Assembly: GCA_018238625.1 (NCBI GenBank) | Contig: JABCSY010000028.1 | Span: 1 to 41,653 of the forward strand | DNA from: Promethearchaeota archaeon | Lineage (GTDB): Archaea > Asgardarchaeota > Lokiarchaeia > Sigyniarchaeales > SOKP01 | DNA length: 41,653 bases | Reading direction: 5' to 3' | Shown here: positions 10,797 through 18,579 of the stretch, in pieces | Numbering within the stretch: the first letter of the stretch is position 1 | Layout of the letters: every line of letters starts with the position of its first letter | The notes under the pieces: model-generated | What the model was told of the DNA's origin: nothing | Database searches by the model: none | Seen by the model: the letters and a program-made list of their open reading frames with translations, nothing else | Program-made: the position numbers and the translations under genes

Positions 10797-11342
10797 ATGG
10801 AAGAAGAAAGAGAAAATAAAACCTTAAATGTTAAAGATTGGATTATTCTTAGTACAACCATGATTGCTGCTGTTTTAACAATTCTAGCTTTAGTATGGCA
10901 AGTGCCACCTTCAAGTGGTATAGTTTCTGCAACATTCTTGTTAATGCTTTCATTTATATTTTTTGTAAATTCGGTATCATCTAACTCAAAAGCGAATTAC
11001 GAAACAAGAGCAGGGAATATGCCAGAAGAACAGATTAATAGGTTTGTGATGTTTGCGGAATATTCGTTCGGTTTCGGATTTACTTTGGTTATTACAGCAT
11101 TTTCTATACTTGGTTATAAATACTTATTAGGTTTCGTAGGACGAGAATTATACGTCTTATTCTTGCCAATAGTTTTCCTATTAACCACATGGGTAATAAT
11201 ATTCATCTATAATTGCATAAATTATTCGGGAAAAGCATTGAAAGGCCTAAGAAGTTTAAAGCGCAATCTTTGGACAATATTAGAGATAGGATGTCTAGTA
11301 TTGATCATATTTGACTTTTTCGAAATAATTTTAATTCCCTAA
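10797..11342 (+). CDS. Small integral membrane protein (about 5 TM)
   Basis: Hydrophobic ORF (ATG 10797; track start GTG 10788). TATA-like TTTATAAA near 10741 and a T-tract after the stop. Confidence 0.8.
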   Translation: MEEERENKTLNVKDWIILSTTMIAAVLTILALVWQVPPSSGIVSATFLLMLSFIFFVNSVSSNSKANYETRAGNMPEEQINRFVMFAEYSFGFGFTLVITAFSILGYKYLLGFVGRELYVLFLPIVFLLTTWVIIFIYNCINYSGKALKGLRSLKRNLWTILEIGCLVLIIFDFFEIILIP

Positions 11343-11574
11343 TTCTTATTTCTATTTTTTTTTTATAATTACAATAAACGCAAAAATTGGATTGTATTAA
11401 GTAAACCTACATCTGAACTTCGTTTTTTGCATTATGCTTACATTTTTATATTTTATTTTGCTAGCATTAGATAAATAAACTCCCGCTTATAAAATTCATG
11501 AGCTTTTTTAACTGACATTCTTCAATAGTTACAATCTGCTAAGCAGGATCACTTCTATAATTCAGTGACCAAAT

Positions 11575-11811
11575 GTGAAAAAACCACGATGTGAAAAATG
11601 CGGACGGGAAGTTCACCCCGCCAAATCTGCTATACAAAGTTTTGATACTATTTTCTCAAAGATTCCTTCGTATTGTCCTAACTGTGGAGCGGAACTTTCA
11701 GATACAAAGCAAAAACAAGTGGATAATTATACAGATTATCTTTCTATTCTTAAATGTATTCCCATAATAGGGTTCATCATTCTTATTATAATTCTAATAA
11801 TGATATATTAA
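11575..11811 (+). CDS. Zinc-ribbon protein with a C-terminal membrane anchor
   Basis: CEKC...CPNC pairs; terminal hydrophobic helix IPIIGFIILIIILIMIY; GTG start. Confidence 0.7.
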   Translation: MKKPRCEKCGREVHPAKSAIQSFDTIFSKIPSYCPNCGAELSDTKQKQVDNYTDYLSILKCIPIIGFIILIIILIMIY

Positions 11812-11918
11812 ATATTGTAAGTTAGTACAGGTAATATAAATTTAGACATTCCATTACTAATTGATAATCCATCCACTAAATTGATAAATGGAAGTGGACA
11901 AAACAAAAGTTTTGTTAT

Positions 11919-11930
11919 AAAAAGGAAAAA
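11919..11930 (-). terminator. Oligo-U terminator of the candidate ncRNA
   Basis: UUUUUCCUUUUU starts 3 nt after the 3' strand of the closing helix. Confidence 0.55.
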
Positions 11931-11933
11931 GGT

Positions 11934-12161
11934 TCAAGAAGTTGCAATGAATACCCGAAGGCTCATTGCTAGTATTTCATTCTATATTTTCATATAAAAT
12001 GTCTCAATGAGCAACTTATTTAATCGTTAGTCCGAAAACCAATGATTCAAATCTATATCCGAAGACATAGTCTTTCCGTTAAGGAAAGAAAGTTTTACCA
12101 ATTTGTCATACCGGAGGTATTCCAATTGGTTATATCATTGAGAGTTAATACTACTTCTCGA
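11934..12161 (-). ncRNA. Structured non-coding RNA of unknown class (~228 nt, nested multi-branch fold)
   Basis: Hand-folded: terminal 9-bp helix UCGAGAAGU/ACUUCUUGA, nested helices, three UUCG tetraloops and one GAAA tetraloop, and G-U pairs valid only on the minus strand. Upstream TATA-like element and downstream U-tracts. Confidence 0.8.
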
Positions 12162-12184
12162 TATTCACACCATAAGGTATGAAT

Positions 12185-12200
12185 AATATATATTTTTAAC
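12185..12200 (-). promoter_or_regulatory. BRE/TATA-like promoter for the candidate ncRNA
   Basis: Minus strand GTTAAAAATATATATT; archaeal spacing predicts a start near 12161-12165, the first paired base of the RNA. Confidence 0.5.
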
Positions 12201-12220
12201 TGATCATATTTAAATGGGAC

Positions 12221-12246
12221 TATTAAGGGATTATATTAAGGGATTA
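12221..12246. repeat. Tandem 13-bp direct repeat TATTAAGGGATTA x2
   Basis: Exact duplication at 12221-12233 and 12234-12246, with a degenerate copy (..AATGGGACTA) just before. Confidence 0.8.
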
Positions 12247-12295
12247 TTAAATATTTATGTCGATAGAGTTTGGTTATAATTTCTTTAAGTCGGAT

Positions 12296-14704
12296 TCATT
12301 CGATATAGCATGATAAATCCTTCTGATTGGATTTCCTCATGATATCCGATTTTAATAATTCTTCGAGTTCAGGGAATTTAAAAGGAAAAATATTCTCAAA
12401 AGCTCTTTTTAGTAATTCTATATACTTTTTTTTGTCGTACTGATGTTTTTTTTCGTCGTAAAGATCTGAAAGAATCACCTTCTTTTCGGGAAAAGCTGGG
12501 TCGGCATCAGCATTGAGTATAATATAGCGAACATTTTTACCGGGAGTCACTACCACACCTGATCTTTCTAGTTGTCTCGCAGCAACAGCCTGGTACGAGT
12601 TTACTTTGTACTGTGAAGGTTTTCTGGAAACCCTTTGGCGAATCGTAAGTTCTTCTCGCAAAACTTCACCCATCTCTATCTTGTCCACATATCGATAGAG
12701 CATCTTCTTTACTTTTGGGATTCTTCTCATAAATTCTTCGACGGTTTTTGCGCCTTGAAATACATCGATAAACGCGTACTGAGCGTCTTTAACGATTTTT
12801 GGCGCGTCTCTGCGCCGAACTTCAATTCCTCTTACTTTTATCTCTCCATCGCTTTTAATCCCCCAATAGTGACTTAGCGCCGGAATGTCTGGTTCTGCAC
12901 GAGAAGGAAGAAAAACGATAAAATTGTACTTTCCGTCCCAGCTCATTGGAATACCCACTTGTTCAGTTATTTCTTCAGCAATTTTTTTAGTTTCTGCTTC
13001 GAACTCCTCGGGAGATCTACTTTTTGTATCTTTGAGCCAAATTGAATCCACAATTCCGTGAATAACTTTGCAACCATGTTCTTCTGCTATCTCCGCAGAG
13101 CGCATAAGGAATTCACGAGCAAAAGCGCAAACCGTTTGATGAGCTTCGATCTTTCCGAAGCGAGCATTTTTAAACCCTAAATATCCGAAGCTTACTACGA
13201 GTACCCATTTTAGAGCAATATCGGTGAATTTGTAACGAAGGTTCCCAGTTTTACGGACATACGCTTTGTACTTTAATCTTTTTGATAAAGGCAGGCTTAT
13301 TGATTTCGATATGATTCCTTGTCTTTTTGAACAGATATGAAAGTCCAATCCTGGAACTTTTACACCCGTACCGTCGTCTTTACAACACTTACAATTAATG
13401 GTTTCCGAAGAAATATTAAAGTTTGCCATTAAAGAAGGATACATAGAAGAAAAGTCTAGTTCTACCACTTGTTCAAAAACGCCAATGATGGGTTCGAATA
13501 TATGGCCTCCACGGTCGCTTCTAATTAGGTCCATTCCAGTGTTGAATCCTTCCGGATTTTTCTTGAATGGAGGTATTAAATGGTCAAGCTTATAAGCGTT
13601 ATAAAATTGAATCGACTGGAGCGCCCCCCCGATTGTTATGCGACTTAATCTTTGGAGCGAAATTCGCGATATACGGGCGACTTCAATAACGCCTGGAATA
13701 TTTCCTTCCGTGAAATGGAGACTGGCGTATGTTGTTGTGTCCAAATGAAATCTGCCAGATAAATAGACTTGAGTCTTTGAACGCCGTCTTATTATACCAT
13801 ACGACATATAATGATCTGAGCCACCAGAAAGCTCGAAAAGACAGTTCACCAATGGTTTTTTATCCCGAGAAAGGTAAAGATCTTTTGTTACTCGATTCTC
13901 TGAAGCCCTAGCAACTAGATACGGGAGGAGAAATTCGTCCCCATTTTGGGTAAGTATTATATCAGGATCGAGACGTTCGATTACTTTGCTTATGGTCTTC
14001 AAGGTTTCCGCTTCGTTTGCTTTAGCGATCAATATTTTTCGTTTTATGTATCCATCTGCTCGTGGAACATTGCCCTCGTCGTTTTCAACAATATTGATTT
14101 CAGCATGAGAAATGGGATCGTTATAATATGGTCTTATCCCTTGGTGCTGAATTTTTACATCTAACCAAACAGCTTTTAGTGGAGGCAAATCGTAGAATAA
14201 CTTTTCGTTGTCATCTTGTAAATCTAGAGAAACAAGGCGTAAAATATTACTTCTCTTGTCTTTGCCCTTTTCAATTTTAACTTTGAAACGACAGAAAGAC
14301 ATAGGGAATATGTCATTGACATAAAAATACATCTGAGTAATAGGAAGATCCGTATTATGCAAGATAAAAAGTCCTATTCTGTCAATCTCTTTAATTGTTT
14401 TCTTAAATACCGAGGGTTTCGTTACAGTGACGCCAAGAACTTTCGATTTTTCGTGATCTTCGAGTTTTGCATATTTTTCACAGATTCGCACCTCTTTTAC
14501 ATTTAGATTTTGAGTAAGGATATATTTCAATCGCTTTAAGTCGTTACCGACTTCATTTCTGGGCACGGCAAAAAATTCAGGACAGAATTCTTGGTATACT
14601 TTTATTACCTTCTGCTCTTTTGAGGTTTTTACCCAAAGGATAACCCCTTCGCTAAAAGTAGATACATCTAAAAGCCAACCGTCAAAAACATTCTGTGAGT
14701 CCAA
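12296..14704 (-). CDS. polB2: Archaeal family B DNA polymerase, PolB2 group
   Basis: Motif A LDFSSMYPS, motif B KWVLVVSFGYLG and motif C HGIVDS (PolB2-type replacement of YGDTDS). KVRGIEVRRRD, a CKCC..HIC cluster and eroded exonuclease motifs. TTG start 3 nt after the upstream stop. Confidence 0.92.
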   Translation of the reverse strand: MDSQNVFDGWLLDVSTFSEGVILWVKTSKEQKVIKVYQEFCPEFFAVPRNEVGNDLKRLKYILTQNLNVKEVRICEKYAKLEDHEKSKVLGVTVTKPSVFKKTIKEIDRIGLFILHNTDLPITQMYFYVNDIFPMSFCRFKVKIEKGKDKRSNILRLVSLDLQDDNEKLFYDLPPLKAVWLDVKIQHQGIRPYYNDPISHAEINIVENDEGNVPRADGYIKRKILIAKANEAETLKTISKVIERLDPDIILTQNGDEFLLPYLVARASENRVTKDLYLSRDKKPLVNCLFELSGGSDHYMSYGIIRRRSKTQVYLSGRFHLDTTTYASLHFTEGNIPGVIEVARISRISLQRLSRITIGGALQSIQFYNAYKLDHLIPPFKKNPEGFNTGMDLIRSDRGGHIFEPIIGVFEQVVELDFSSMYPSLMANFNISSETINCKCCKDDGTGVKVPGLDFHICSKRQGIISKSISLPLSKRLKYKAYVRKTGNLRYKFTDIALKWVLVVSFGYLGFKNARFGKIEAHQTVCAFAREFLMRSAEIAEEHGCKVIHGIVDSIWLKDTKSRSPEEFEAETKKIAEEITEQVGIPMSWDGKYNFIVFLPSRAEPDIPALSHYWGIKSDGEIKVRGIEVRRRDAPKIVKDAQYAFIDVFQGAKTVEEFMRRIPKVKKMLYRYVDKIEMGEVLREELTIRQRVSRKPSQYKVNSYQAVAARQLERSGVVVTPGKNVRYIILNADADPAFPEKKVILSDLYDEKKHQYDKKKYIELLKRAFENIFPFKFPELEELLKSDIMRKSNQKDLSCYIE

Positions 14705-14707
14705 CTT

Positions 14708-14983
14708 CTACTCTTTTCCCTTAATTATTTTCTCTATTTCGATAATCTTTTTTTCCAACAACCCAATTTTCTTTTCTTGCTCAATCGCAAACGACATGAA
14801 AAGAATTTCTGAAAGCATAGGGCGAGCACTTAAACTGCCAGCATCAGCATGAATTCTCGCAAAGTTCATTAATTTATCAAATATTTTTTGATCTTCTGGC
14901 CTAAGCGCTCTTTTATAGTCCTTCCAGCTTTCGATCTCGTGTTCAAGCGCAGGACGAAAGCTTGGCACTGTTCTACCACACAT
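14708..14983 (-). CDS. Small helical PolB2-associated protein (arCOG07300-like)
   Basis: GRTVPSFR..W..YKRALRPED..F..L...AR.H..A signature; immediately upstream of polB2, as in the conserved archaeal neighbourhood. Confidence 0.8.
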   Translation of the reverse strand: MCGRTVPSFRPALEHEIESWKDYKRALRPEDQKIFDKLMNFARIHADAGSLSARPMLSEILFMSFAIEQEKKIGLLEKKIIEIEKIIKGKE

Positions 14984-15020
14984 ATTTACTTCAATTTTTT
15001 TTTAGTTTTTCAAGCAAACC

Positions 15021-15038
15021 CAGAAGGGTAGTCTTCTG
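15021..15038. promoter_or_regulatory. Inverted repeat CAGAAG-N6-CTTCTG in the leader of the polB2 unit
   Basis: Lies between the minus-strand TTTTAAA element (~15043-15050) and ATG 14983. Confidence 0.35.
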
Positions 15039-15150
15039 AAACTTTAAAAAAAATATACTTCGAAAATTTTCTAATTTTCTATCGAAATAAATAATATATA
15101 GAACTTTAACGTTCTAAGATTATAGTTAAAAATTAATTATTGGATGAAAT

Positions 15151-16119
15151 ATGGAATATAAAATTATTGACTCGCTGTGCTATGTCCCGACCGAAGAGGT
15201 TTTTATTGATCTATTGATCTCTTTACCTCCTCAGATGGCTAGATATCTTCAAGATATTTTTGGTCCACGAGTTGCTCCTCTACTTGGGATAACAGCAGAA
15301 GAACTCTATATTATGAAAACTACACTTAGTACAACAGAATTAAAAGAAGCTATTAAACCATTTCTACCTAAAATAAGGAAACTAACAACTTCAGTTGAGG
15401 ATTTTGTTTATAAACTTGATAAAATGGGAGTTGAGAAAGCAGTTATATTTAATCTTGACGAGGAAACGCCTAGTGGAATTGCTGGGCTTCCAAACGACTA
15501 TTATGCCGATATTGTTAAAAGACATCCAGATAAATTCGTAGGATTTGCAGGTATTGATCCTTTAAAACGAATGGAAGCCATAAGAGAGATAAGAAGATCT
15601 TACGATTTAGGACTTAGAGGCGTAGCTGTTAGACCGTTTATGTTTGGAATACCGCCTCATCATGCGAAAATGTATCCAATTTATTCCACATGCGTGGAAC
15701 TTGACATCCCTATTTGGTTTCATCTTTCTATAAATTATTCCACTAATAATATGGAAGTTGAAAGACCGATCTACTTAGATATTGTCGCTCAGGATTTTCC
15801 TGATTTGAAGATTATTGCGGGACATGGTGGATGGCCTTGGGTAAACGAATTAGTAGCTGTTGCTTGGCGCAATCCTAACATATACATTGATATTGCATCT
15901 TACACTCCTAAGTATATTGGTATGCAAGGAACAGGATGGGAGCAACTTATTCATTTCGGTAATTCAGTTCTTCAAGATAGAATTCTATTTGGATCAACTT
16001 GGCTTTTTATGGGAATGTCAATAAAACAATTAGCAGATGGCGTTATGGAATTACCTCTTAAAGAAGAAGTTAAAAGAAAATGGCTCTACGAAAATGCTGC
16101 TAGGCTTTTAGGGATATAA
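15151..16119 (+). CDS. Amidohydrolase_2-family TIM-barrel protein with atypical metal ligands
   Basis: ND..A....HPDKFVGFAGIDP, YPIY..C.ELDIP..FH, FPDLKIIAGHGGWPW, NIYIDIA, RILFGS and ENAARLL motifs. Confidence 0.85.
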   Translation: MEYKIIDSLCYVPTEEVFIDLLISLPPQMARYLQDIFGPRVAPLLGITAEELYIMKTTLSTTELKEAIKPFLPKIRKLTTSVEDFVYKLDKMGVEKAVIFNLDEETPSGIAGLPNDYYADIVKRHPDKFVGFAGIDPLKRMEAIREIRRSYDLGLRGVAVRPFMFGIPPHHAKMYPIYSTCVELDIPIWFHLSINYSTNNMEVERPIYLDIVAQDFPDLKIIAGHGGWPWVNELVAVAWRNPNIYIDIASYTPKYIGMQGTGWEQLIHFGNSVLQDRILFGSTWLFMGMSIKQLADGVMELPLKEEVKRKWLYENAARLLGI

Positions 16120-16149
16120 TAAATAAAAAAATTATTGATAGAAAATAAA

Positions 16150-16584
16150 ATGAGCAATAGGTATTGTTATATGAGCGTATATTATAAGGACCATGCCCCT
16201 TGTGGAATATATTGCAAAAGATGCCCGGGGGTAAAGGTTTATAAGTGTAAAGGTTGCCGGGAGCAGAATGGTCAAATAAAAGATTTCCCCGTATGTAAAA
16301 CATTTGAATGCGTAACTAGTAAGGGGTATAAATTCTGCTACGAATGTGAAGAATTTCCTTGCGAGAAATTACAACCGATCGTAAATTTTGAAATTTTCTT
16401 ACCTCACAATTCAAAAATTTATAATCTCGTTATGATAAAGAAGCATGGCATTGTTAAGTGGAACGAAATTTGCGAGAAGAAATCAGACTTTTATTATAAA
16501 GGACGGAAAATTCAATTTGGTGGCGATCCTTTGACTCTTGAAAAAAAGAATCCAAATTTATACAAAAAGAAGGAAAAAGGCTAA
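16150..16584 (+). CDS. Cys-rich DUF3795-like protein
   Basis: APCGIYCKRCP, CKGCR, C..C and FCYECEEFPC pattern (track start TTG 16135). Confidence 0.75.
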   Translation: MSNRYCYMSVYYKDHAPCGIYCKRCPGVKVYKCKGCREQNGQIKDFPVCKTFECVTSKGYKFCYECEEFPCEKLQPIVNFEIFLPHNSKIYNLVMIKKHGIVKWNEICEKKSDFYYKGRKIQFGGDPLTLEKKNPNLYKKKEKG

Positions 16585-16698
16585 CATTTAATACATTTTA
16601 TTCTTTTTAGATTTTCTTGGAGGAATGATTGGTAACTATTGTAAGATGGTAGTTTGAAAATCTCAAAAATGGATAGGCATAAAATTATATTTGTAAAG

Positions 16699-16983
16699 CT
16701 ATATTTTTAATAACCTATTACCATGGATAATCGAAACGATTTCAAGAGATTCTCCATAGGTTTTATAAATAATCCTATAATTTTGGCAAATTAACTCTCG
16801 AATACTTATAATATTAAATTCTGGAACTTTTCTACCTATCTTAGGAAAATCTCTAAGGTTTTCAATAACCTCAAATATTCTATCAACAAAAAGTTCAGCA
16901 TATTCTTTTGAGGTTTTGGAAATGTATTGTTTAATATCCCTTAGTTCTTCTTTTGCAGAATCAGACCAAATTACATCTACCAT
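16699..16983 (-). CDS. RelE/ParE-family type II toxin
   Basis: VIWSDSAKEELRDI..YI, L..FPKIGRKVPE, IRELI..NYRIIY and IIHG.R motifs. Confidence 0.88.
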   Translation of the reverse strand: MVDVIWSDSAKEELRDIKQYISKTSKEYAELFVDRIFEVIENLRDFPKIGRKVPEFNIISIRELICQNYRIIYKTYGESLEIVSIIHGNRLLKI

Positions 16984-17171
16984 TTTTTGGCCATTTCCTT
17001 TACTTCTTCATGAGTATATGTATTTCCATCCTCAATATCCTTCAGACCTTTAATAATTTTCTGCTTTACGTAGAGATGGTACATAATTTCATCCAGAGTT
17101 ATATCATCGGGTAGTTCATGTAAAAGAGAAATGACTTCTTCTTTAACTGAATTAGATTTGATTGAATTCAT
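16977..17171 (-). CDS. Cognate antitoxin of the RelE/ParE pair
   Basis: 64-aa acidic ORF (LPDD.TLDEIMYHLYV.QKI.KGL.DI..G....HEEV) upstream of the toxin, overlapping it by 7 nt. Confidence 0.8.
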   Translation of the reverse strand: MNSIKSNSVKEEVISLLHELPDDITLDEIMYHLYVKQKIIKGLKDIEDGNTYTHEEVKEMAKKW

Positions 17172-17443
17172 AATATCTCATATTTTAAAGGGTCGTTTTC
17201 TTATTTATATTTATTGAATTAAAATTACTCAATTTCTAATTAATTTTTTAGGATTGTTAAACTGATTATGAACAAGGGAAAAAAAATATCAGAGATTTCA
17301 TTACATGAAACGGTACTTAACAAAAGATTAGACTGTTGTTCTTAGTATAATGTCCTTCCTCTTGAATGAAATCATGAACATTCTGGACTGTTGGACGTTC
17401 CTCTGAATATGGACTCTAATATGTATAAAAAGAAGGAGTAAGA

Positions 17444-18223
17444 TTAAAACCAACAATCTAAAGTCATGTTTTTCGTAGTATTTGCCAAATTTCTTTTAGG
17501 AATGCGCGGTTTCCACTTTAAAAGGCGGTTTTCTGGCAAAAAAGGATGCTGGACTAAAACATATTCTGTATATCGCTCGTCTTCGTTTATCAATGCTAAT
17601 ACACTTCCGAAGTGGGAGAGAATTTTGCCGCCATTAGGTCTATAGAGAGAATATTCGTTTAGGGGAGCAGTTAGGACGATGAGCGGTCTTGTTTTAGAGA
17701 GAATCGTTTTAATCCCGTTAATAGCTCTCAGTAAATCCTCAAACATCTGCTTTTCGTAACTCTGAAACAATGTAGTAATACCAGAAATTAAAACAACTTT
17801 GACGTGTTCAAGCTTAGAGAGCCTATTTTCTAAAAGCTCTACCATTTGATCCCAAGTAAACGCGCGGGCGATAAGAATATTCCCTAAAACTTTCTGAGGC
17901 GATAAATTTTGGGAAACTGCAAACTTGCTTACGTTATATGGGTTAAAGCGGTTATTTGCGTCAATGAAAGCAACTTTTATTTCTTCTCCTAAACCTCCAT
18001 TATTAAAAGATTTTTGAGCGATAACCGCGGTGGTCAATAGAATATTCGCAAGTTTTTTTTTATCGCCATAAAGTAGATAAACTAAGTTTTTACGAAAACC
18101 ACCGCCTCCCAATAACTCGTCTAGCGTTGAATCCCCGCTCGAAACTAAAGGAATTCTCTTGTTTTTTCTATAAAAATTAAACCCCGAATTAAACGACATT
18201 ACATAAACTGATGAATCCATCAA
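17444..18223 (-). CDS. Inactivated RadA/RadB-like RecA-fold protein of the PolB2 module
   Basis: SSG..LDELLGGG, FIDANNRFNPY and NILIARAFTWDQM motifs. Walker A is degenerate (YGDKKKLAN) and Walker B lacks Asp (VVLISGI). Confidence 0.85.
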   Translation of the reverse strand: MMDSSVYVMSFNSGFNFYRKNKRIPLVSSGDSTLDELLGGGGFRKNLVYLLYGDKKKLANILLTTAVIAQKSFNNGGLGEEIKVAFIDANNRFNPYNVSKFAVSQNLSPQKVLGNILIARAFTWDQMVELLENRLSKLEHVKVVLISGITTLFQSYEKQMFEDLLRAINGIKTILSKTRPLIVLTAPLNEYSLYRPNGGKILSHFGSVLALINEDERYTEYVLVQHPFLPENRLLKWKPRIPKRNLANTTKNMTLDCWF

Positions 18224-18500
18224 AATAAAAGTGGGTTACTCCGACAATTTTCTAAAATTTACTTACGATACATGTAAATCGAATAAGATAGGTGTTCTAG
18301 ATAGAAATACAATTCTCTTTGAAGGTAAAAGCGTTTCGTGGAGACGGAGGGAGGATAGTAGAAGTAAAAATAAAAGGAGGTTAAGAATCTCGAGCTTTTA
18401 TGGTGCCGACAAAAATTACTATTGTTAATTGACTGAATTCTACAGTGATCAAAATTCTACTTTATCTATTAAAAATTTTAAATAATGATCACTAAGTCAA

Positions 18501-18523
18501 AACTTTATAACTAATACCATCAA
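18501..18523 (+). promoter_or_regulatory. Promoter block AACTTTATA-N9-ATCAA of fadD paralog 1
   Basis: The same block recurs at 20440 and 22318. Confidence 0.65.
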
Positions 18524-18579
18524 TAATAATTATTATCAACTATTTTTAACTAAAAATGTAAAATTGATGTGAAATTAAA

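Noticed and set aside
11934-12161. Structured RNA as SECIS, SRP RNA, RNase P RNA or tRNA
   Set aside because: No adjacent in-frame UGA selenoprotein, no SRP helix-8 motif, no RNase P P4 consensus and no cloverleaf or T-loop.
12166-12170. GUGUG just 5' of the structured RNA, matching the group II intron 5' consensus GUGYG
   Set aside because: It lies upstream of the TATA-predicted start, there is no domain VI or interrupted gene, and the element is far too short for a group II intron.
12635-14164. Short plus-strand ORFs inside polB2
   Set aside because: Antisense shadows of a well-supported gene.
15038-15043. AGTTTC (minus strand) matching the Sulfolobales damage-response ANTTTC motif
   Set aside because: A 6-mer is expected by chance in AT-rich DNA, and it lies downstream rather than upstream of the TATA element.
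17300-17420. Protein-like open stretch on the minus strand (SPYSEERPTVQNVHDFIQEEGHY..)
   Set aside because: No start codon or recognisable family; cannot support a pseudogene call.
18231-18428. 65-aa plus-strand ORF
   Set aside because: GTG start inside the divergent promoter/leader region of the radA-like gene, with no recognisable motif; probably spurious.
18445-18493. AGTGATCA...TGATCACT inverted repeat between the radA-like gene and fadD1
   Set aside because: Long spacer and not repeated at the other fadD or polB2 promoters; insufficient support.
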